From positions 2,176,001 through 2,240,000 of the forward strand of contig OY761614.1 in the NCBI GenBank assembly GCA_963664825.1: DNA of 64,000 nucleotides. Reading direction: 5' to 3'. The notes beneath the pieces were generated by a model. That model was given only the letters and a program-made list of their open reading frames with translations, did no database searches and was not told where the DNA came from. Shown here one piece after another: positions 29,427 to 39,017 of this stretch (positions are counted from its first letter, which is position 1; every line of letters begins with the position of its first letter). The DNA is from an uncultured Holophaga sp. (GTDB taxonomy: Bacteria > Acidobacteriota > Holophagae > Holophagales > Holophagaceae). The position numbers were made by a program, and so were the translations under genes.

Positions 29427-29924
29427 TCAGCGTGTGGGGCCATGGCCCACCTCCTGGTGGCAGCGCACGCAGCCGTAGATGTCGGCCTTCTGGGAGGGAT
29501 CCGTGGGAACGCCCAGGGTTCCGTGAGCCGTGATCTCCGCGGTGAGGGGGCCGTGGCAGCGGATGCAATTGGCTTCCAGCACCCGGGCATTGCCGGGCTT
29601 GATGCGGATGGGATCCTTGAAATCCATCAGCGTGAAGGCCTTGGAATGGTGGTACCCGTTGCTGGCCTTCACGTAGAGCTTGTGGACGGCGTTGTCGTGG
29701 GGCAGGTGGCAGTCGTTGCAGACGGCCACGGCGTGGTGGGAACCGTGCTGCCAGCCATCGAACTCCTCGCGCATCACATGGCAGTTCACGCACACGCTGG
29801 GATCATTGGAGAGGTAAGACTCGCCATGGGCGGTGAAGAAGGTGAAGACGCCCGATCCGACTAAGATCCCGACCAGGATGCTGGCCAGGAGGGTCAACCA
29901 GAGGAGACGAAGCGTTTCGTCCAA
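29427..29924 (-). CDS. nrfH: Cytochrome c nitrite reductase small subunit
   Basis: N-terminal TM; four CxxCH motifs; YLSNDP, GSHH. Confidence 0.92.
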   Translation of the reverse strand: MDETLRLLWLTLLASILVGILVGSGVFTFFTAHGESYLSNDPSVCVNCHVMREEFDGWQHGSHHAVAVCNDCHLPHDNAVHKLYVKASNGYHHSKAFTLMDFKDPIRIKPGNARVLEANCIRCHGPLTAEITAHGTLGVPTDPSQKADIYGCVRCHQEVGHGPTR

Positions 29925-30088
29925 GGCGGGAGCTTTCGGAGTCGGAGGAGGATGCTCCGAGCTTAGGGATCGTCACGGAATAAGCAATGTTTTTCTGGTG
30001 CTTGCGTCCCGGCCCCCCTGCGTGTGCCCTGCCGACGGCCCACGGGAACGCCCTCTCAGATCCACGTCTGGAATCGGTGGAGGAATCC

Positions 30089-30727
30089 TCAGAGGGAGCC
30101 CTTCTTCCGCAATTGCATACCCTGGACCTCCAGCACTCCCTGGTCCTGGAAGATCCGGAGCCCCCTCGAAAGGGTCTCGGGCGTCATGCCCAGCTGGGCG
30201 GCCAGGGCCTTCTTGGTGACGGGGAGGGTGAGGGCGCCCTGTTCCGGAAGATGGGCCCGGAGCCAGGTGCGGAGGCGCTCCAGGCTATCGGAGGTGGAGA
30301 GTTCCTGGACTTGCTGGGTGATCCTGCGGAGCCAGACGGCCTGGGCGTGGATCATGGCCAGGGCGAGATCGGGATCGGCTCGCAGGGCGGCCAGGAAGGG
30401 TCCCTTGGGGACATGCACCACCCGGGAGGGCTTGAGGGCCGTCGCCGTGGCCGGGAAGGCCTCGCCTCCGAACATGGCGGCCTCGGCGAAGGAATTCACC
30501 GGCAGGACCACGGCCAGGGTTGGATGGGCGCCGGGCACGTTGCTGCTGCGTGTGAGCTGGATGGCTCCTTCCACCAGCACGAAGAATCCCGTGCAGGGCT
30601 CTTCTTCCAGGAAGAGCATCTCGCCTGCGCCCAGGCGTCGGGAGCCCGCCATGCGCTCCAGGCGATCCCGCTGGGCGGGGCTCAGGGTCGTGAAGAGAGG
30701 GGCCTGGTGCCAGGTGGGGGTGGTCAT
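30089..30727 (-). CDS. Crp/Fnr family regulator (HcpR/Dnr-like)
   Basis: cNMP-binding fold (FAEAAMF); HTH LGMTPETLSR; no FNR Cys cluster. Confidence 0.9.
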   Translation of the reverse strand: MTTPTWHQAPLFTTLSPAQRDRLERMAGSRRLGAGEMLFLEEEPCTGFFVLVEGAIQLTRSSNVPGAHPTLAVVLPVNSFAEAAMFGGEAFPATATALKPSRVVHVPKGPFLAALRADPDLALAMIHAQAVWLRRITQQVQELSTSDSLERLRTWLRAHLPEQGALTLPVTKKALAAQLGMTPETLSRGLRIFQDQGVLEVQGMQLRKKGSL

Positions 30728-30746
30728 GGCTTCAGTCTAGGAGCTT

Positions 30747-32036
30747 TCAGAAGAAGGTTCGGATCCCCTCCACCACGCGGTATTCGTCGTCCACCACCCA
30801 GAGCAGCTGCCACTTGTCGAAGGTGGTGCAGGGATGGCTGATGGCGCAGCCCACCAGATCGCCCACCCGGAGATCGGCCTCGGGAGGAAGGGCCAGGCGG
30901 GCGTGCTGGTCGTAGAGGCCCGGAATCACCCAGTCCGTGGAGGCGGGCTGGGGGCTTGCATGGAGGCCGGGACGGGCCCAGAGGATGGGCCTGGGGAGAT
31001 CGATATCATGGGCCACGTCGCGCTTGCCGAAATCCAGGAAGGCCAGGCCCGGCTCGGGGCGGCTGAGCACACGGCCCCAGACTTCGAGGGCGGGCTTCAG
31101 CGATCCCGGCACGCGCCAGCCTTCGGGCAGGCGGCCCTCCAGGCGCTGGATCAGGCGCGCATAGTGGCCCGCGTCGTGGGAGACGTAGCATCCGCTCCGG
31201 AGGAGCACCCGGGAGGGCCGTCCCAGCTCCACGGCGTTCAGTCGCGCCGCCACCAGATCGAAGTAGGCCGAGCCCCCGGCGCTGAGCAGGACCTCGTCGG
31301 TCTCGAAGAGGTCTTCCCCGGCGCAGCGCTGGGCCAAGGCCCCCAGGGCGTCCAGCCAAGCCTCGATGCGGCTCCGGTCCCCCTCGGGGTCCGGGCTCAT
31401 GACGATGCCCTCGTAGCATTCCACGCCCTTCAGGTTCAGGCGCTTGGAGGCCTTCACGGCCCGAGCCACGGCGAGTCCGATCTCCAGATCCCGGGCCCCG
31501 CAGCGCCCGCCGGGCAGGCCCAGCTCCAGCAATACCGGGACCTGGCGGCGGCCCGGGGTGTTCTCCAGGCGCGCCACCGCTTCCAGGCTATCCACCAGGC
31601 ACATGAGATCCAGTCCCGGGTCCTCGTCCAGGCAGCGCTGGAACCAGGCGATGGCTTGAGGGTCCACCAGTTGATTGGCCAGGAGGATGCGCCTAACGCC
31701 GAATTCGAGGGCGATGCGCACCTGCTGGGGTGTGGCTAAGGTCAGGCCCCAGGCGCCATCCCGCAATTGCCGGGCGAAGAGCTGGGGCGCCATGGTGGTC
31801 TTGCCATGGGGACAGAGGCTCGCGCCCGTGCGGCGCAGGAACTCCCGCATCCAGGCCGCATTGGAATCGAGCACGGAGGCCTTGAGCAGGGCCACGGGGG
31901 TCTCCAGTTCCCCCGAGAAGAGCCCCCAGCCCTGGGCGCCGATCTCCCCCAAGGGCAGGGGCGGGCGACTCTGGGGGAAGCCCTTGGTGCGGCCATCCAC
32001 GGGGGTCTGGAGGAGGGACTGGAGTGCGTCGCGCAT
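30747..32036 (-). CDS. Fold-III PLP enzyme, D-amino acid deaminase/DSD1-like
   Basis: PHGKTTMAPQL, YEG, RSGCYVSHD, SHPCTTFDKW. Confidence 0.87.
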   Translation of the reverse strand: MRDALQSLLQTPVDGRTKGFPQSRPPLPLGEIGAQGWGLFSGELETPVALLKASVLDSNAAWMREFLRRTGASLCPHGKTTMAPQLFARQLRDGAWGLTLATPQQVRIALEFGVRRILLANQLVDPQAIAWFQRCLDEDPGLDLMCLVDSLEAVARLENTPGRRQVPVLLELGLPGGRCGARDLEIGLAVARAVKASKRLNLKGVECYEGIVMSPDPEGDRSRIEAWLDALGALAQRCAGEDLFETDEVLLSAGGSAYFDLVAARLNAVELGRPSRVLLRSGCYVSHDAGHYARLIQRLEGRLPEGWRVPGSLKPALEVWGRVLSRPEPGLAFLDFGKRDVAHDIDLPRPILWARPGLHASPQPASTDWVIPGLYDQHARLALPPEADLRVGDLVGCAISHPCTTFDKWQLLWVVDDEYRVVEGIRTFF

Positions 32037-32069
32037 CCCTCTGTTGAAGCACAAAGCCGGGGTGGGCTG

Positions 32070-32085
32070 TGTGATCTGCGTCACA
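32070..32085. promoter_or_regulatory. CRP-type palindrome TGTGA-N6-TCACA
   Basis: tgtga tctgcg tcaca, perfect consensus, in the divergent promoter before hcp. Confidence 0.75.
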
Positions 32086-32095
32086 GGAACGTCTT

Positions 32096-32113
32096 CCTTG
32101 ACCCCCGTCAAGG
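32096..32113. promoter_or_regulatory. FNR/Dnr-like palindrome CCTTGAC-N4-GTCAAGG
   Basis: ccttgac cccc gtcaagg. Confidence 0.7.
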
Positions 32114-32180
32114 TCGGCCGCTGGTGCGCGCCGGACACTTCCCCTGGACCGGGCCTGAAGCCCCCCATCAGGAGGTAGCG

Positions 32181-33467
32181 ATGTTCTGCAACCAGTGTGA
32201 ACAGGCGAAGAACGGCATGGGATGCGATGTGGTGGGCGTCTGCGGCAAGGACGAGGATGTCCAGAGCCTCCAGGAGACGCTGCTCTACGGCCTCAAGGGC
32301 ATGGCGGCCTACGCCCATCACGCGCGCCGCCTGGGGCGGTCCGACGAGGGGGTGAATGCCTTCCTGGAGGAGGCCCTCTTCGCCACCATGACCAATGTGA
32401 ATTTCGATATCCCCAGTCTCCTGGAGATGGTGCTGGAATGCGGCAAGCAGAACCTGCGGGTGATGCAGATGCTGGACGAGGCCCATGTGGCGCACTTCGG
32501 CAAGCCCGCGGTGAAGGCAGTCTGGTGCGGTACGAAGGCCCAACCGGGCATCCTGGTCAGTGGCCACGATCTGCTGGATCTCTGGAACCTCCTCCAGCAG
32601 GTGGAAGGCACGGACGTGCTCGTCTACACACACGGGGAGATGCTGCCGGCCTTCATGTATCCCAAGCTTGCCCATCACCCCAACCTGGTGGGCCACTTCG
32701 GCGGAGCCTGGCAGAAGCAGCGCAGCGAATTCGAGGCCTTCGGCGGCGCCGTCATGGTCACCACCAACTGCATCCTGGAACCCCGGAAATCCTACGCGGA
32801 CCGCATGTTCTCCAACCGCACGACGGCGGCTCCCGGTGTGACTCGGTTGACGAGCGATGACTTCAGCGCCGTCATCCGGCGCGCCCGGGAATTGGGCCCC
32901 CTGGAGGCTCGCGATTTCGGCAAGATCCCCGTGGGCTTCCACCACAGCGTGATCCTGGAGGCCGCCCCGGCCATCCTGGAGGCCGTGAAGAAGGGCGAGG
33001 TCACGCGCTTTTTCGTCATCGGCGGCTGCGACGGCAGTGAACCCGGCCGCAACTACTACACGGACTACGCCGCCAACGCGCCCCAGTCCTCCTTCATCCT
33101 GACCCTAGGCTGCGGGAAGTTCCGCATCATGGACCACGACTACGGCACGCTGCTGGGCCTGCCCCGCCTGCTGGATATGGGCCAGTGCAATAACGCCTAC
33201 GGCGCGATCCAGGTGGCCGTGGGCCTTGCGCAGGCTGCGGGGTGCGGCGTGAACGATCTGCCCCTCACCATCGTGCTCAGCTGGTTCGAACAGAAGGCCG
33301 TGGCCGTCCTGCTCACCCTCCTGCATCTGGGGGTGAAGAACATCGCCGTGGGCCCCGCCGCCCCGGCCTGGATCACGCCCAGGGTCTTCAAGGTGCTCCA
33401 GGACGCCTACGGCCTCAAACTCATCGGCAAGGATGGCAAGGCCGATGTGATCACGGCTTGCCAGTAG
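32181..33467 (+). CDS. hcp: Hybrid cluster protein (short form)
   Basis: MFCNQCEQ...GC...GVCGK, SGHDL, THGEM, GGCDG, GQCN, SWFEQK; RBS AGGAGG. Confidence 0.95.
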   Translation: MFCNQCEQAKNGMGCDVVGVCGKDEDVQSLQETLLYGLKGMAAYAHHARRLGRSDEGVNAFLEEALFATMTNVNFDIPSLLEMVLECGKQNLRVMQMLDEAHVAHFGKPAVKAVWCGTKAQPGILVSGHDLLDLWNLLQQVEGTDVLVYTHGEMLPAFMYPKLAHHPNLVGHFGGAWQKQRSEFEAFGGAVMVTTNCILEPRKSYADRMFSNRTTAAPGVTRLTSDDFSAVIRRARELGPLEARDFGKIPVGFHHSVILEAAPAILEAVKKGEVTRFFVIGGCDGSEPGRNYYTDYAANAPQSSFILTLGCGKFRIMDHDYGTLLGLPRLLDMGQCNNAYGAIQVAVGLAQAAGCGVNDLPLTIVLSWFEQKAVAVLLTLLHLGVKNIAVGPAAPAWITPRVFKVLQDAYGLKLIGKDGKADVITACQ

Positions 33468-33478
33468 GAGGATGTCCC

Positions 33479-33796
33479 ATGACCACGGCCCTCACCAACC
33501 TGAACGAAGCCCTGCCCATATCCCACGGGGCCATCGCCTCCCGGCCTCTCATTGATCTGCCGGAAGACCTGAAACTGGTGCTCTTCGCCATGGATGCGGG
33601 CCAGGAGCTCAGCGCCCACAGCGCCCCCTTTCCCGCTACCGTGCTCTGCATCCAGGGTCGGCTGGAGGTCATGGTGGAGGGCGCCTGGACCCCCCTCGGC
33701 CCCGGCGAGCGCCAGGATCTGCCCAAGGGACGTCCCCACGGCGTGAAGGCCCTGGAACCCACCCACTGGATGCTGACCATGCTGAGGGGACAGTAG
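33479..33796 (+). CDS. Cupin domain protein
   Basis: LFAMDAGQELSAH...PHGVKA; co-oriented with hcp. Confidence 0.85.
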   Translation: MTTALTNLNEALPISHGAIASRPLIDLPEDLKLVLFAMDAGQELSAHSAPFPATVLCIQGRLEVMVEGAWTPLGPGERQDLPKGRPHGVKALEPTHWMLTMLRGQ

Positions 33797-33819
33797 GAAG
33801 CTCCTTCCAGGAGATGGCC

Positions 33820-35004
33820 TCAGCCCGCCAGGCGCCTGCCCAGGCCCATGGCGGGCTTTTCGATCCAGCGGAAGACGAACCCCGCCAAGGCCAGGGTCAC
33901 CAGCAGGGCCGTCGGGAAGCTCCAGGCCGCAGACAGGCCCCTGGGCAGCACCTTCAGCACGATGAGCCAGGCGAAGGGGTGGAGCAGGTAGACCGAATAG
34001 CTGGCGCTGCCCAGGAACACGAAGGGCCTGCGCAGGGCATGATCGGGCATGTCATAGAAGGCGAAGATGGCCACGGCCAGCCAGCAGATGCCCACATACT
34101 TGGCCCGGGCCATGCCCGCCATGATATCGAAGTAGTCATAGAAGACGGGCCCCCTCGGGAGCGCCAGCAGGAGCAGGATCCCCAGGGCCCCGAAAAACCA
34201 AGACAGTTTCAGGCGCCAGGAGATCCGCTTGCGCAGATCGGCCACGATGCCCCCTAGCAGGAACAGGCAGGCGTGATTGGGAATCTGCACGTAGGTATGG
34301 AACTTCATTTGGCCCACGTGGGAGGCCATCTGCACCTTGCCGAAGCTCCAGGGCAGGGTCAGGGCCACGAGCAGCGCCGCTCCCAGATACAGGAACACCT
34401 TGCGGCGCGTGGCCCAGGCCAGTAGCGGGAAAACCAGGTAGAAGACGTATTCGATGCCGATGGACCATCCGCCCACCACCAGGGCGTGGTTGGGGTGGAA
34501 GATCCCAAAGGTGAGGGTGAGATTCTCCATGAGCATCCTGGGCGAGAATCCCGGCCCCACGGGGTTGAGGCCGAAGGGCGGGCGCAGGGCCAGGCCCGCT
34601 GCCACCGCCAAGTAGTAGAGTGGCGCGATGCGGAAGAAGCGCTTGATGTGGAAGCGCCGCAGTTCCCGCCCTCCCCAGGCGCTCTCCCCGTAGAGATGGA
34701 AGAAACAGAAGCCGCTGACGATGAAGAAGCCCTCCACCCCGTAGTTCCCGAAGATGGCCAGGGCATTGTTCGCCCGGGTTCCCGCCGCTGAGAGCTCGGA
34801 CCACATGGACAGGTGGTAGACGGCCACCGAGAGCGCCATCAGGCCCCGGAGGATATCCAGTGAATCGATGCGGGAGGCCCCGGCGCGAGGCAGCGTGGAT
34901 GACCCATTCGGGCACTCCCGGGCAGTTCGTCCTCCGGACGAGCCTGGTTTGCGCTGCTCTTCGCCGCCTCCTGTGTCGGCGGCTTCCGGGAGATGCACCT
35001 TCAT
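33820..35004 (-). CDS. Acyltransferase 3 (OafA-like)
   Basis: LDILRG, FFIVSGF, RFFRIAP, WSIGIEYVFY, SYSVYLLH. Confidence 0.9.
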   Translation of the reverse strand: MKVHLPEAADTGGGEEQRKPGSSGGRTARECPNGSSTLPRAGASRIDSLDILRGLMALSVAVYHLSMWSELSAAGTRANNALAIFGNYGVEGFFIVSGFCFFHLYGESAWGGRELRRFHIKRFFRIAPLYYLAVAAGLALRPPFGLNPVGPGFSPRMLMENLTLTFGIFHPNHALVVGGWSIGIEYVFYLVFPLLAWATRRKVFLYLGAALLVALTLPWSFGKVQMASHVGQMKFHTYVQIPNHACLFLLGGIVADLRKRISWRLKLSWFFGALGILLLLALPRGPVFYDYFDIMAGMARAKYVGICWLAVAIFAFYDMPDHALRRPFVFLGSASYSVYLLHPFAWLIVLKVLPRGLSAAWSFPTALLVTLALAGFVFRWIEKPAMGLGRRLAG

Positions 35005-35005
35005 C

Positions 35006-36043
35006 TCAGCGATAGCGCACCTCGCCTGTGCCCGGCACCAGGGCCCCGATCACCCAGGCGGTTTCCCCCGCGTTCTTCAGCGACAGGACGACTTCATCCG
35101 CATCGGCCTGCTGGACGATCACCACCATGCCCACGCCCAGATTGAAGCTGCGGCGGGCGTCCTCGAGGGGCAGCTGGGCCTTCTCCATGAGGAAGCTGAA
35201 GAGGGGCGGGATCTGCCAGCTTCCGGTTTCGATGGCGGCATCCAGATGCTTGGGAAGCACCCGAGGCAGGTTATCGGTGAGCCCGCCGCCGGTGATATGG
35301 GCCATGGCCACCAGCTTCTTGGCCTTCACCAGGGGCATGAGCTGGGTGAGGTAGCAGCGATGGGTGGCCAGCAGGGCCTCGGCCACGGTCTGCTGCGTGC
35401 CGGGCAGGGTGTCGGTTGTCGCGAGTCCCGCCACCTCGAAGCAGACCCTGCGGGCCAGGGAATATCCGTTGGTGTGGAGGCCCGCACTGGGCAGGGCGAT
35501 GATCACGTCGCCTTCGGCCATGGCCTCCAGGCGCGGCAGCAACTCGTCCTGGTCCACCACGCCCACGATGGTGCCGGCCACATCCACTTCGCCCTTCTCG
35601 TAGACCCCGGGCATTTCCGCCAGCTCGCCGCCGATGAGCGCGCAGCCCGTATTCCGACAGGCATGGGCCATGCCCGCGACGATGGCTTCGATGACCTCAG
35701 GCTCCAGGCGCTGGGCGGCGATGTAGTCCAGGAAGAAGAGGGGGCGGGCCCCCTGCACCAGGATATCGTTGATGCAGTGGTTCACCAGATCGCCGCCCAC
35801 GGTATTCCAGGTGTTGGCCAGGCGGGCCACCTTCATCTTGGTGCCCACCCCATCCATAGAGGAGACGAGGATGGGGTTCTTTTCCGGGAACTGGGCGCTG
35901 AAGAGCCCGCCGAAGAGGCCGATGTCGGAGCGCACCCCGGGGGTCTTGGTGGTCTTCACCAGGGGCTTGATCCGTCGCAGCGCCTCGTCCTGGCGGTCGA
36001 TGTCCACACCGCTGGTTGCGTACGTCACCTGTTTCTCACTCAT
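35006..36043 (-). CDS. purM: Phosphoribosylformylglycinamidine cyclo-ligase
   Basis: DGVGTK, GGELAEMPG, GLHTNGYSL, HITGGG. Confidence 0.96.
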   Translation of the reverse strand: MSEKQVTYATSGVDIDRQDEALRRIKPLVKTTKTPGVRSDIGLFGGLFSAQFPEKNPILVSSMDGVGTKMKVARLANTWNTVGGDLVNHCINDILVQGARPLFFLDYIAAQRLEPEVIEAIVAGMAHACRNTGCALIGGELAEMPGVYEKGEVDVAGTIVGVVDQDELLPRLEAMAEGDVIIALPSAGLHTNGYSLARRVCFEVAGLATTDTLPGTQQTVAEALLATHRCYLTQLMPLVKAKKLVAMAHITGGGLTDNLPRVLPKHLDAAIETGSWQIPPLFSFLMEKAQLPLEDARRSFNLGVGMVVIVQQADADEVVLSLKNAGETAWVIGALVPGTGEVRYR

Positions 36044-36134
36044 GGCGCCCCCTGGCTCCCATGATCCCACAGGCGGTCCTAGGATCGGGTCACGAGGGGA
36101 GAAAGATGGCACTCTTAGGCATGCGGAGGACGCC

Positions 36135-36677
36135 ATGAGCATCGACGAGGCGAGGGCGGCCCAGGCCGTGCATGAATTGCTGGCCAGTTTCGGGGCCGAT
36201 CCGGAGTCGCCGGAATTGAGGGAGACGCCCCATCGGGTCGCGCAATATTGGGTCGAACGCCTCCAGGGCTATGGCCTGGATGTGGCCGCGGAACTGCAAG
36301 CCCTTCCCGGGGAGCTGGCCCCCTGTCCCGTGATTCTCGAACACGTGCCCTTCACGAGCACCTGCGAACACCACCTGGCCCCCTTCTCGGGTCAGGCCAC
36401 CATCGGCTACCTGCCCGGGGCCGGGGGCACCGTGGGCCTCTCCAAGCTGGTGCGCCTGGTGCAGGCCTTCGCCAATCGCCTCCAGGTCCAGGAGCGCATG
36501 ACCCGTCAGATATTCGAAGCTCTGGAGATCCATCTGCGCCCCCAGGCCTGGGGCATCAAGCTGGTGGCCGAGCACACCTGCATGAGCCATCGGGGCGTGA
36601 AGACGCCCGGCGTGCCCGTCACCACGATGCTTCTCGGAGGGCTCTGGAAGGACAAGGCACCGGAGGAATTCAGGTAA
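36135..36677 (+). CDS. folE: GTP cyclohydrolase I
   Basis: ETPHRVA, CEHHLAPF, GLSKL, QVQER, HTCM. Confidence 0.9.
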   Translation: MSIDEARAAQAVHELLASFGADPESPELRETPHRVAQYWVERLQGYGLDVAAELQALPGELAPCPVILEHVPFTSTCEHHLAPFSGQATIGYLPGAGGTVGLSKLVRLVQAFANRLQVQERMTRQIFEALEIHLRPQAWGIKLVAEHTCMSHRGVKTPGVPVTTMLLGGLWKDKAPEEFR

Positions 36678-36713
36678 AGAGAACCCTCCCTTGCACCGGA
36701 GGAAAGACTGGGC

Positions 36714-36752
36714 TTGACAAGGCTACAAATGTAGACAAACTACATGTGTAGT
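36714..36752 (+). promoter_or_regulatory. Promoter with tandem BlaI/CopY-type operators
   Basis: TTGACA at 36714, then ctacaaatgtag (36723-36734) and actacatgtgtagt (36739-36752), both TACA..TGTA palindromes. Confidence 0.85.
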
Positions 36753-36764
36753 CAAGGAGCCCCC

Positions 36765-37154
36765 ATGACCCAGTCCCCCCGAATTTCCGATGCCGAATGG
36801 ACGGTGATGAAGGAACTGTGGAGGCGTAGCCCCCAGACGGCCCAGGAGGTCACGGCGGCACTCCATGTGCAGACCTCCTGGAGCCCCAGCACGGTCAAGA
36901 CGCTGATCAATCGATTGGTGGGGAAGGGGGCACTGGGCTCCACGAAACAGGGGCGCGAATTTCTGTACTCGCCGAAGGTCTCCGAATCCAGTTGCGCCCG
37001 CGCCGAGAGCCACTCATTCCTCCAGCGGGTCTTCGGGGGCTCCATGCGTCCCATGCTGGCCTCCTTCCTGGAGGAGGAATCCCTCAGTCCCGAGGATATC
37101 CAGGAACTGAGGCGCCTACTGGATCACAAGGAAGCGGAGGATCGCCATGTCTGA
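36765..37154 (+). CDS. BlaI/MecI/CopY family repressor
   Basis: ISDAEWTVM, WSPSTVKTLINRLVGKG, FGGS. Confidence 0.93.
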   Translation: MTQSPRISDAEWTVMKELWRRSPQTAQEVTAALHVQTSWSPSTVKTLINRLVGKGALGSTKQGREFLYSPKVSESSCARAESHSFLQRVFGGSMRPMLASFLEEESLSPEDIQELRRLLDHKEAEDRHV

Positions 37155-38913
37155 GGCTCTCTCGCGCCTGACGGACGTGGTGCTGCGTGCTTCGCTGGAC
37201 GCCAGCCTCCTGTGTCTGCTGATCCTGGGCCTCAAGATGCTCCTGGGCCGTCGTTGGCCGGCCCGCTGGCATGCCGCCGTATGGCTCGCCCTGATCCTCA
37301 GGCTATGTCTTCCGGCGCCCGTGTTCTCCTGGCACGTCCCTATCACTCTCCCTGTCATCCAGGCTCCGGCTCCATCTTCCCATTCGGGGAAACCGATCGA
37401 AACATCCACATATAGTGCGGGTAGACGGAGTTCGCCCGTCCCGGGGCGCCTTCCACGCTCCACCATCCTTCCCTTCCTGTGGCTGGCGGGTGCCCTGACC
37501 ACAGCAGCCTTCCTCGCTTCGGGAGTCCTTCGTTTCTGGTTGGCCGTGCGAAAGGGGCGGGTCGTGACTTCCGAGCCGATTCTCCGTCTGCTGGAATCCA
37601 CCAAGGTGGAAATGGGTCTCCGAGTCCTGGTGGGGCTCGTGGAAACAGATCGGGTGAGGGCACCGGCCCTCTTCGGTTTTCTGCGCCCGCGGCTCCTGTT
37701 GCCGAAGGGCTTCCTGGAAGCCTTTGATGCAGAGGAACTGTATTACATCTTTCGCCACGAGCTTGCCCACCTCAAGCGCCTGGACATCCTGACGGGCTGG
37801 CTGGTCTGCCTGCTCCAGGCGCTCCATTGGTTCAATCCTCTGATCTGGTATGCCTTCCTGCAATGGCGCAGGGACCGGGAGTTGGCCTGCGACGAAACCG
37901 CAGTTTGGCATCTCGATGCCCCCGCTACCGCCCGCTATGGGCACACCCTGCTCCAGCTGTTCGAGCGATTCAAGGGCCCTGAGCCGCTTCCGAATCTCGC
38001 TGGAGTCCTCGAAACCCCTTCCAATCTCTCAAGGAGGATCCTCATGATCTCTCGTCTTGCCCAGGGCTGCGAACGGCGCTGGCCTCTCGCCTCCCTGCTC
38101 GTGCTGGGCGGTCTCACCGTGGTTTCCATGAGCGGCTTCGCTCATGCTTCGGATCGCTCTGTCGCTGTTCCTGCGGCCGCCGTCGCCCCGGCCCCTGAGC
38201 CCTGGCACGGTTTCGTCAACGATGCCGATCTGCTGGGCGGATGGCGCACCGCGGATTTCGTCAAACGGGTCGAGGATTTCCAGCCCGACCAGCGCCAGTG
38301 GAAGGACCCCGACTACCTCCAGGAAATGTTCTTCCATGCCGATGGCACAGGCAGGGAGGTCTGCGTCAATGGGAACTCAAACAAATGGAAGTGGACTCTA
38401 GGGAAGATCTACGCCGGATCTCCCACCGAGGGGCGGTACGAGATCCGTCAAATGGCTGGACGCACCTTCCTCTTCTTCGCATGGATGAACGGCGATGTGC
38501 TGTCCCGCGGCCACAAACCCTATTGGGTCGTGCTGGAGAAGGCGCCCCGCCTGCGGGAAGTGGCCAGCCGTGTCCAGGACCGGATCGACTACCCCTTCGA
38601 TAACGACCCCGCGTGCCTTGGCAACTGGTCCAGCGTCGATTTCGTGGCGCGGATCGAAGACTTCAAACCCGCCGAGCGGCATACCAAAGAAGAGGCCATG
38701 CCTTTCAAGGGCCTCGAGTTCCTGCCCCAGGGCAAAACGACCGGCTCCTACCGCTGGACCCGGGGCCTGCTGCTGCACGACGGGGATCACACTGCCTCCC
38801 GGTATGAGATCCGCGACATGGATGGGGCCCGCTACCTCTTCTTGGAATGGAAGAGCGGCGACTACACCCATCGTGGAATGAGGCCCAGCTATTACGTGCT
38901 AAAGGCCCAGTAG
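37147..38913 (+). CDS. BlaR1-like M56 peptidase with a tandem-duplicated C-terminal sensor domain
   Basis: HELAH, HWFNP, ELACD; two FxND..GxW..DFV..EDFxP..RYEIR repeats. Confidence 0.9.
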   Translation: MSEALSRLTDVVLRASLDASLLCLLILGLKMLLGRRWPARWHAAVWLALILRLCLPAPVFSWHVPITLPVIQAPAPSSHSGKPIETSTYSAGRRSSPVPGRLPRSTILPFLWLAGALTTAAFLASGVLRFWLAVRKGRVVTSEPILRLLESTKVEMGLRVLVGLVETDRVRAPALFGFLRPRLLLPKGFLEAFDAEELYYIFRHELAHLKRLDILTGWLVCLLQALHWFNPLIWYAFLQWRRDRELACDETAVWHLDAPATARYGHTLLQLFERFKGPEPLPNLAGVLETPSNLSRRILMISRLAQGCERRWPLASLLVLGGLTVVSMSGFAHASDRSVAVPAAAVAPAPEPWHGFVNDADLLGGWRTADFVKRVEDFQPDQRQWKDPDYLQEMFFHADGTGREVCVNGNSNKWKWTLGKIYAGSPTEGRYEIRQMAGRTFLFFAWMNGDVLSRGHKPYWVVLEKAPRLREVASRVQDRIDYPFDNDPACLGNWSSVDFVARIEDFKPAERHTKEEAMPFKGLEFLPQGKTTGSYRWTRGLLLHDGDHTASRYEIRDMDGARYLFLEWKSGDYTHRGMRPSYYVLKAQ

Positions 38914-39017
38914 TCGCGCACTCGCGGACGCGCCCTCGGACGATTCAAGAATGGTTGCCGCACACGAATCGTGGCAGCCTGCCGAGGGCGCGTCCGCTTG
39001 AGGGTAAACTCGAGACC

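Noticed and set aside
30747..33467. Apparent 1.2-kb overlap between the 732-aa and 566-aa ORFs
   Set aside because: Artefact of over-extended starts; real starts at 32036 and 32181 leave a divergent promoter
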